Below, piece after piece: positions 57,565 through 64,000 of a stretch of DNA of 64,000 bases; the first letter of the stretch is position 1, and every line of letters begins with the position of its first letter. A model generated the notes under the pieces. The model made no database searches and was not told where the DNA came from. It saw nothing but the letters and a program-made list of their open reading frames with translations. A program made the translations under genes and the position numbers. The stretch lies in IMG/VR virus record IMGVR_UViG_3300033121_000983, positions 1 to 64,000 of that record, one strand, 5' to 3'. The DNA is from a virus. Its lineage: Duplodnaviria > Caudoviricetes.

Positions 57565-58866
57565 TTATCCGCAGACCGTAATCGTAACGGAACCCGGCCA
57601 GCTGCGCGTACCAGTGCTGGCGCTTAACAGCAGCGACGTCGGCAAAGCGCTACCTGGCGTAGTCGCGTACGTCGCGGTATCGCCGTTCGCCGCCAGCACC
57701 TGAAGTGTGCCTAACTCGACGTCGTAGATCGCACTCGCATAGCTGGCGCCAGTACCGACAAAGTCGGCGCCGTCGCCGTACATGTCGATGGTTTCGGCTG
57801 CGTAGATAGAATCGTCGGTGTCGGACATCTCCGGCAACACCAGTCGGCCGCACATCGGTGCCATCATCGGCAGCGGCCCGCCTGACTCAGCCGTCGTTGC
57901 GGCTACTGTCGTACCCGTTAGTTCGGTTCCGCAATCGAAACATGGCCGATCACCGAGGCGACTGGCCAACACGCTCTGACCCATCTGTTCGGTGCGTTGA
58001 GATAGCTGCTGACTCAGCTGTTCGAGCGCCGCGACTTGTACGCGATAACGTTCAAGCTCGCGCGTAATTACCGCGAGTTCACTGCAGCCGCAGCACGGTT
58101 TTGAGCACTTATCGACTAGCTGTAACCCGCCGGCAACCGGTACCAGCTCCAGGCACTCACTACCGATCAGCGGGAAGTTGCCCGAAGTGTCCGGCCCGAG
58201 ACCGTTGACAGTGAGGATAGAGGGTCCCAGGGTTGCGTCATCGTCACAGTCACAGGGTTCGTTCAAGTTCTCGCCGGCCACGGCAGAGACTGTAATCTGA
58301 TTGCCCGACTGCGTTAGCCGAACGTTAGGCCCTTCCACGAGTACGATGTCACCGTAAATCGGTGCGCTGATGTCAGAACCTGACTGCAGTCGCAGCCCGC
58401 CGACGCCGCGCAGCACGGGACGGATGCAGTCGGGTTCGAGCCGTCCGCCTTCGACGTCGAATGTGAACCGACCGACTGGCTGCGCATCGAGTCCCGACAG
58501 CGAGCCGATCACTAGGTGCCCGGCTAGATCGTAGAACTGCCCGATACCGTTAATGCCGTAGACTTGGTTACGCGTGAAACTCGCACGCGCGATAGCCGTA
58601 CCCGCGGCGTCAAGCACGCCGTCGTCTGGGTCGTCGTAACCAACGATCAAGCTGATACCGACGCCAGAGATATCGATCGTACGCAAAAAGAACCGACTAG
58701 GTTCAATGTCGGCTGCCAGCGGCACGGCTAAGTAAAGCGAGACGAGAAAATCCGGCGGCAACTCAAATTCATCGGTCGTGTCGCGTGCGCTGGCGTCGCG
58801 CGTCAGCGGATAAGACCGCGACGCGTTGTGATCGAGCCACTCGAGGTTTTGGTAGAGGTTCGACAC
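57565..58866 (-). CDS. Putative tail-associated protein (same family)
   Basis: 'EWLDHNASRSYPL', 'TVNGLGPDTSGN', 'CSKPCCGCSEL' plus coiled coil. Confidence 0.65.
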   Translation of the reverse strand: MSNLYQNLEWLDHNASRSYPLTRDASARDTTDEFELPPDFLVSLYLAVPLAADIEPSRFFLRTIDISGVGISLIVGYDDPDDGVLDAAGTAIARASFTRNQVYGINGIGQFYDLAGHLVIGSLSGLDAQPVGRFTFDVEGGRLEPDCIRPVLRGVGGLRLQSGSDISAPIYGDIVLVEGPNVRLTQSGNQITVSAVAGENLNEPCDCDDDATLGPSILTVNGLGPDTSGNFPLIGSECLELVPVAGGLQLVDKCSKPCCGCSELAVITRELERYRVQVAALEQLSQQLSQRTEQMGQSVLASRLGDRPCFDCGTELTGTTVAATTAESGGPLPMMAPMCGRLVLPEMSDTDDSIYAAETIDMYGDGADFVGTGASYASAIYDVELGTLQVLAANGDTATYATTPGSALPTSLLLSASTGTRSWPGSVTITVCG

Positions 58867-58869
58867 GAA

Positions 58870-60687
58870 TTACTCCAGGCTGATCACGCCTGTGCGGCGA
58901 ATTAACAGCACGTCGCCGCTGTAACCATCGCTACCCACGCGCGTAAGCGTGAACAGCACGACATCGCCTGCCGCCACTTCAATAGGATCGGAGGTGACTT
59001 CGTAGTACGAATTAGCGCTTACCAGTGTTGCGCTCACGTCGAGCGGCAGCTCAGTGTCGTCTGTTGGTAGTGCTGTCGGCGTTTCCGGCCGCGCAAGCAC
59101 GCGGTATGTAGCGGTTAGCAGGTCGTCAGGCACGGTGCCGGCAGCGCGTCCCAACAGCCACAGGCGCAGCCGCAACATCGCACCATCAGACAGCGCGGCC
59201 TTCGTGGGTACACGAATCATGCCGCGGATACTGGCGTTGGCCCGCACAGTTGAGAAGTTTAACCCAAGCACGTTCTGATAAGGCTCGTCTGTCACGCCAA
59301 CAAGCCGCACGATTTCGACAGACAGTTCGGTGTCGTCGAGATCCGTCTCCACCGAGATCGTCAGCGGACCGACAGCGTAACTGTTACCGCTGATTGTGAC
59401 CGACTCGGCACCGGCGACAGTGACGTTGGATGTACCTGCGCGCACGCCCGACACAACCGGCCCGCGCTGCAGGGTGTTGTTCTCAGCCGTCTTGACGACC
59501 TGGTAACCGGCGGCATCGGTATCTTCAACCGTCGACGCTTGATCGAAGCCGATTTCCAGGTGCCCGGTGGTTGCGTCGTCAATCGAATCCGCGCAGCGTA
59601 CTGTCAACCCGCTGTCAGCTGCAGCGCGCAGACTCAGCACTGCCGTGCTGCCGCCGATAAACGACTGGCGGACAAAGTACAGTTTCATGCTCATCGGCAC
59701 GTCGCGGGCGCACTCGCCGACCGGAGCGGATGACGAATCCACGACGCTGGTATCGAGATCGGTAGGCCACGGCACATCGCCGTAGCAATCGCTCATCCAC
59801 CAGATGCCGTTCTTATCAACCACGCAAAGCTGATCGATACCGAGCGGTACCGTCACGCCCAGGCCAGCTGCGACGCTGTCTGACTTGACCATCTCGATGC
59901 AGACAGAAGTCAGCGGCACCGGAGGCCACAAGTGACGCAGTGACGACTGCGCCAGGTTGTAACCGAACTTGGCGCCTACCGGCGCAAGATCGTTAAAGCT
60001 GGCATCATCGGCCGGCAGCCAGCCTTCGACGTCAGCGTCGGCGGCGGTAATCGTGTGTGCTTCGTCCACAGCCGGCGGTGACGTATCACCGGCGGGGCTG
60101 CAGGTCAGCCCGTAACTGTAGTGCCGGTGCTGCGCCAGATAGTCGGCAAACTGCGGGTTTACGAACACGCGGTAAACGCCCGACTCAGTCTCCTCGCACA
60201 CCTGCAGCACGGGGACACCGACCGGCGGACGTTGTTCAACCAGCCGACCGGCCGTGCCGTTGGACAGATAGTACACCGCGCCGACCGTCGGGGTGCCAGA
60301 GATGACGTTCGACAGATCCAATTCGGCCGTGCCGCTCAGCAACAGATCGACGGTTCCAGCGGCGGAGCGCGCCGTCACAATGCCGCGCACATGCGATGTG
60401 TTCTTGGTCAGCAACTCACCCGTCGTGCTGTCGACAGTTGCGTCGCCGAGAGCCTGCTCGAACTGCAGCGTAGTCGCATTGAAGTACGCTGGTTGCCCAA
60501 CCAGCAACGTCGACGCAGCGCGAACTTCACGGGCGTAGACACCGTTGCCCGACGACAGCGCATCGATCTGCGCCTGCATCAGCGACAAGTTCGCGACGAT
60601 AGCGGCGATCGGCGGATTCGTGTAGCTGGCGTTAACCGGCACACCGTCAACGATGCGCGGAACTGGTCGCCACAGTGGATTTGACAT
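58870..60687 (-). CDS. Putative tail fibre/baseplate protein
   Basis: 'GAVYYLS...GRL' virion-protein motif; beta-rich. Confidence 0.6.
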   Translation of the reverse strand: MSNPLWRPVPRIVDGVPVNASYTNPPIAAIVANLSLMQAQIDALSSGNGVYAREVRAASTLLVGQPAYFNATTLQFEQALGDATVDSTTGELLTKNTSHVRGIVTARSAAGTVDLLLSGTAELDLSNVISGTPTVGAVYYLSNGTAGRLVEQRPPVGVPVLQVCEETESGVYRVFVNPQFADYLAQHRHYSYGLTCSPAGDTSPPAVDEAHTITAADADVEGWLPADDASFNDLAPVGAKFGYNLAQSSLRHLWPPVPLTSVCIEMVKSDSVAAGLGVTVPLGIDQLCVVDKNGIWWMSDCYGDVPWPTDLDTSVVDSSSAPVGECARDVPMSMKLYFVRQSFIGGSTAVLSLRAAADSGLTVRCADSIDDATTGHLEIGFDQASTVEDTDAAGYQVVKTAENNTLQRGPVVSGVRAGTSNVTVAGAESVTISGNSYAVGPLTISVETDLDDTELSVEIVRLVGVTDEPYQNVLGLNFSTVRANASIRGMIRVPTKAALSDGAMLRLRLWLLGRAAGTVPDDLLTATYRVLARPETPTALPTDDTELPLDVSATLVSANSYYEVTSDPIEVAAGDVVLFTLTRVGSDGYSGDVLLIRRTGVISLE

Positions 60688-60701
60688 GTAACACTCCGCG
60701 G

Positions 60702-61292
60702 CTAGCTAGCGGTAAGCTGCCAGTCGTAACCGATTTCACTGCCGACCAGTTTAACAAGCTGGGAGTCCGCCGATGACCAATAGAAGCGCGCGAAGATGCG
60801 ATCAAGCGTCGCGTCGCTTTCATCCGGCATAGCAATCAGCGCGCCGCCATACACGCGGGACTGCGCAGCGGCGGTAAAAGGGAGCCCATTCTGTCCGGCG
60901 ACGCCCGACGTGCGCGCCGTCAGCAACAGCACATTGTCGTACGGCAACGTCTCGTCGCTGCGACTGTAGGCTTTCGCCAGAATCGGGACACGCAGGTAAT
61001 CGCGCGTCGACGACAGCGCCAGATCTTCGTAGTACGCCGCGGCGTCGTCGTCGCGCGCGAATGTGGGCGGCGTTACTGCGCCGCCGCCGTCGTTTTCATA
61101 TTCGATGTACATGCCCGCCAGTCGATACTTCGACTGTTCGTCGCCGGCAAGCAACGGCAGCAGTGCGCCGGCCCAGCTAACGAGGACATTGTTGGGCGTC
61201 CACATGGTGTCGCTGAGGCGTGTGCCGTCGGCACGGCAGTGAAAACCGCGCACATTGCCGCGCAAATTCAGCGCGGATAGCTGACTGTGCAT
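60702..61292 (-). CDS. Putative baseplate/tail-collar-like protein
   Basis: Genomic context; 'TPNNV...RIFAR..Y.W.L' pattern. Confidence 0.5.
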   Translation of the reverse strand: MHSQLSALNLRGNVRGFHCRADGTRLSDTMWTPNNVLVSWAGALLPLLAGDEQSKYRLAGMYIEYENDGGGAVTPPTFARDDDAAAYYEDLALSSTRDYLRVPILAKAYSRSDETLPYDNVLLLTARTSGVAGQNGLPFTAAAQSRVYGGALIAMPDESDATLDRIFARFYWSSADSQLVKLVGSEIGYDWQLTAS

Positions 61293-61301
61293 GCTTTTGT
61301 C

Positions 61302-62804
61302 CTATAAACAGATGCCGTCAATGTACCGCGCGGTCAGTACATCCGGCAGCAACGTGACTGGGTCCAGCTCATCTTCTTGTGTATCGCCGTAGGAAATCGG
61401 CGTAATTGTATCAGTAATCGCGCTGGCGTCTAAGGTCGACGTCAGCGCAGTTGCCGTAAGTTCAATCAGAACCGTTGCGTGCGGCGGCAGCAGTCGGCGC
61501 AACAGGCGCAGTTTTGACAGCGAAAGCGCTGCCGGGCCCAGGCGATCAACAGCGATCCGCACCAGTACAGCGTTGTTGCGCAGCACATTCTCGGCGACAA
61601 ACTGCGCCGGATTGATTGTCGCAGGCAGGTTTGAAGCCACTGGCTGGCCGGTTTGGTTAGTGCGCCGATCCAAAAGCATCGCCAACGTCTGCCCGGCATC
61701 CCGACCCCGCTGCTGCATGGTATCGAAGAGCCAATCCACGTCAGCAGGCCAGCCGCCGACCTCGAAGCGCAAGTCGGTGTAACCTGCGTCGTCAGTCGTC
61801 ACGGTGACGGGCCGGTTGTCGTTGACGAAAAACAGACCGCCGAATGTGTCGTGGCTCAGCAGCGAGAGGTCGAGCGATAACCCCGTCAGATCGTAAGGCA
61901 GTTGTCCGTTGCCGAAAGAATCGATCTGCAGGGCGTCGGTCATCGTCTGGCCGGGTGTCAGCGTATCATCGACCAGTACGGTCGCAACCGCGTCGCTACT
62001 GTGATGATAGACGTGCTGGTCGGTCGCAATCCACTGATACCCGTCGCTCGTGAACAGGCTTTCGACGGTCTCCGCACTGAGCGCAATCGGCACGTCGCAC
62101 AGGGCACTCAGGAACTGGCGCAATCGCAGTTCGGACGCCCCTTCAACTGCGCTATCGAAGATCGCGTTAACGGCATCGCGGTAGTTACTGCCGTTGGTGT
62201 CGCGAAATTGCGCCGCGTAGCCCCACTGCTTATACACGTTGTCTTCGTCGAACCGCGGCTGGTGCAACCACAGCTCGATTTCGTAATCTGTTGCGGACTC
62301 GTTATCCGACGCGTACAACCCACGCAGCGGAATGGCCGCGACGTCGAACGGGTTTTGCGCGAATTCGATGTAGTTCTCGTCGAGGTTGAGGGTGTAGTCG
62401 ATGCCCTCTGTCCAGATCAGACTCGGATTGGCCGGCGCCGTCGCGATAAACGGCACGCTCACCAGCCCTGTTGGTAGCGAAAAACGGAAACCGTTAACCG
62501 CTCGGGTAGCTCCGTAGGAGATTCCGCTACCGTACGTGATGTCAGCGTCACCGAAGCGGTAGGCAACCAGCGAACCGTCGTTGAGTTTGGTTTGACGTAA
62601 AACCAAACTCTGCCAACGCGACGTACGGTAAATCGGCGTCGTGCGTCGATTGACGGCGGCAATTGCGTCCGTGAGCGCTGTGTCGACTTCGGCTTCGACC
62701 GCTGACAACCCGGCCAGGTAGGCTGCGAGTTGGCCTTCGTCCGAAAACACCGTGCGCCACACACTCCCCAGAAGCGGCAGAAGTGTTTGCGGAGTGACAG
62801 CCAT
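61302..62804 (-). CDS. Putative baseplate wedge-like protein
   Basis: 'LLGSVW', 'EGIDY', 'YRDAVNAI..G..LRQFL', 'LRRLLPPH'. Confidence 0.55.
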   Translation of the reverse strand: MAVTPQTLLPLLGSVWRTVFSDEGQLAAYLAGLSAVEAEVDTALTDAIAAVNRRTTPIYRTSRWQSLVLRQTKLNDGSLVAYRFGDADITYGSGISYGATRAVNGFRFSLPTGLVSVPFIATAPANPSLIWTEGIDYTLNLDENYIEFAQNPFDVAAIPLRGLYASDNESATDYEIELWLHQPRFDEDNVYKQWGYAAQFRDTNGSNYRDAVNAIFDSAVEGASELRLRQFLSALCDVPIALSAETVESLFTSDGYQWIATDQHVYHHSSDAVATVLVDDTLTPGQTMTDALQIDSFGNGQLPYDLTGLSLDLSLLSHDTFGGLFFVNDNRPVTVTTDDAGYTDLRFEVGGWPADVDWLFDTMQQRGRDAGQTLAMLLDRRTNQTGQPVASNLPATINPAQFVAENVLRNNAVLVRIAVDRLGPAALSLSKLRLLRRLLPPHATVLIELTATALTSTLDASAITDTITPISYGDTQEDELDPVTLLPDVLTARYIDGICL

Positions 62805-62807
62805 GCT

Positions 62808-63794
62808 CTACTCAGTTGTGTGGGTGTGTAGCCAACCGTGGATGTTGTTGAGCAGCTCCGGTCGCGCCGCGTAGGGCTTTAGTGCCGCGGGATCAACGCC
62901 GTGATCACGAATCAGGTGCTCGAGTGACGTATTGCGCAGCTGCCCACGTCCGTCTGACTCATACCACGCTGTCGTAAACTGCGCGGCACGGTGCAAATCG
63001 ACGCCGCCAGTACTGGCGCGGCGTTCGTCGGTACCAGCGCTTTTCTGCCACTTAGCCAGAAACGTCGCGAGATTAGCCCAGCCAACTTCGACATGCGTCG
63101 CACCTGTCGAAGTTTTCCAAGAGAAACACGGGAATTGTGTGGTTGGCGCGGGCTTATCCTTCGGATCCCAGATCACATCAAACGGCAGGTTAGCCGCCGC
63201 TTTAAGCGCAGCTTTAGCCGCTGCGCACGGACCGCAGTTGGCGGTCGACCAGGCGTACACAACGGGCCGCGCCGGCAGCTCGGCAATCACGGCAGGGGGA
63301 TCTGTGCCTGCCGCCGGCGCAGCCCACGCGAGCGTAAACTCGCGCGTCTGGCGTACGGGGCCGAGGGCCGCGGTCGCAGTGCCACGATTGTCTGCGTTCA
63401 ATTCCAGCCGCTCCAGTTTGGGAGAGACGCTGAAACCAAATACACGCGCACTGATCGTAGGCCGAGGCTCGGCAAAGGTAAATACGCCGTGATCTGGCGT
63501 TAACGTGTAATTTACGCTGGCGCCAGCCGGTACGACGATTGTCAGACCGGACTGGGCGACCTTCAGCGGTTTAGCGAGCGTTACAGTGTTGGTGTCACCA
63601 AGCCACTGATGAAGCGCCGCCACTGCTGATCCTGGGGCCTCGACACGGAGCGTTTGCAGCTCTGTGCCCTTTGCGCCTGACGGCGTGGAGAAATACGACG
63701 AGCGCTCGGGTGTCATCGGTGCAGCTGCGCCGGTTTGACAACCAAGCGTAGACACCGAAGATAACGCCGCCAGAATCAGCAGTGACGTACGCAT
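62808..63794 (-). CDS. Lipoprotein with thioredoxin-like CGPC domain and His-rich C-terminus
   Basis: Signal peptide ending in lipobox-like TLGC; 'WSTANCGPC', 'FPCF'; 'HLIRDHG..IHGWLH'. Confidence 0.7.
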   Translation of the reverse strand: MRTSLLILAALSSVSTLGCQTGAAAPMTPERSSYFSTPSGAKGTELQTLRVEAPGSAVAALHQWLGDTNTVTLAKPLKVAQSGLTIVVPAGASVNYTLTPDHGVFTFAEPRPTISARVFGFSVSPKLERLELNADNRGTATAALGPVRQTREFTLAWAAPAAGTDPPAVIAELPARPVVYAWSTANCGPCAAAKAALKAAANLPFDVIWDPKDKPAPTTQFPCFSWKTSTGATHVEVGWANLATFLAKWQKSAGTDERRASTGGVDLHRAAQFTTAWYESDGRGQLRNTSLEHLIRDHGVDPAALKPYAARPELLNNIHGWLHTHTTE

Positions 63795-63802
63795 GGGAAT
63801 AC

Positions 63803-64000
63803 CTACAGTTTGAACACAGGCGGGATGAAGTTGGCGGAGTCGATCCAGTCCCAGCCTCGCGGCTTGACCGGTTCCGCCAAGTTCATGTCACTAGCTAGAA
63901 GTAACCCGTAGCGCGTGGTACGGCAGATCTTGTCGATAACTGCCGGCGCCACAAAAATGCGCGTGTCCGCACCCCAGCCAGGATGGCTGTTGTACATCGC
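63803..64000 (-). CDS. 3' end of a gene entering the window (possibly papain-like peptidase)
   Basis: 'YNSHPGWG' resembles the C1 peptidase NSWG motif; partial. Confidence 0.4.
   Translation of the reverse strand, partial: AMYNSHPGWGADTRIFVAPAVIDKICRTTRYGLLLASDMNLAEPVKPRGWDWIDSANFIPPVFKL

Noticed and set aside
1-64000. Stop-codon reassignment; tRNA/rRNA genes
   Set aside because: Core genes are full length under code 11 using TAA, TAG and TGA; no cloverleaf/T-loop or rRNA signatures were seen by eye.

Overview
This is a 64-kb segment of a large, GC-rich dsDNA tailed phage (jumbo-type layout). It has no host housekeeping genes, rRNA, tRNA or CRISPR array, and nearly all genes lie on the - strand. 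All protein calls are by-eye motif recognition; no searches were run. Left (1-16 kb): a portal-like gene, hypotheticals, RuvC, a NUDIX hydrolase and a GT-A glycosyltransferase. Middle (16-35 kb): a replication/recombination block with RecA, a putative SSB with a charge-block tail, a UDG-fused family A DNA polymerase, a DnaG-type primase, a DnaB-like helicase, an SF2 helicase, SbcCD and RNase H. At 36-43 kb: an intein-containing GpA-type large terminase, a degenerate primase/DUF927-like gene and a K-x-A-rich protein. Right (46-64 kb): a tail/baseplate region with a five-member paralogous family, Thr-rich mucin-like proteins and glycosyltransferases. The most notable items are: (1) a candidate phage mucin-type O-glycosylation module, in which a polypeptide-GalNAc-transferase-like GT lies directly behind a mucin-repeat virion protein, with further GT domains elsewhere in the window; (2) a ~240-nt highly structured intergenic RNA at 44.44-44.68 kb plus two smaller sRNA candidates; (3) a repeated palindromic operator and a bipartite non-sigma70 promoter motif; (4) several apparently inactivated or domesticated enzymes (HUH Rep-, IS110-, DnaB- and primase-like); (5) NLS-like basic tails on DNA-metabolism proteins. 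A Planctomycetota host is only a weak guess.
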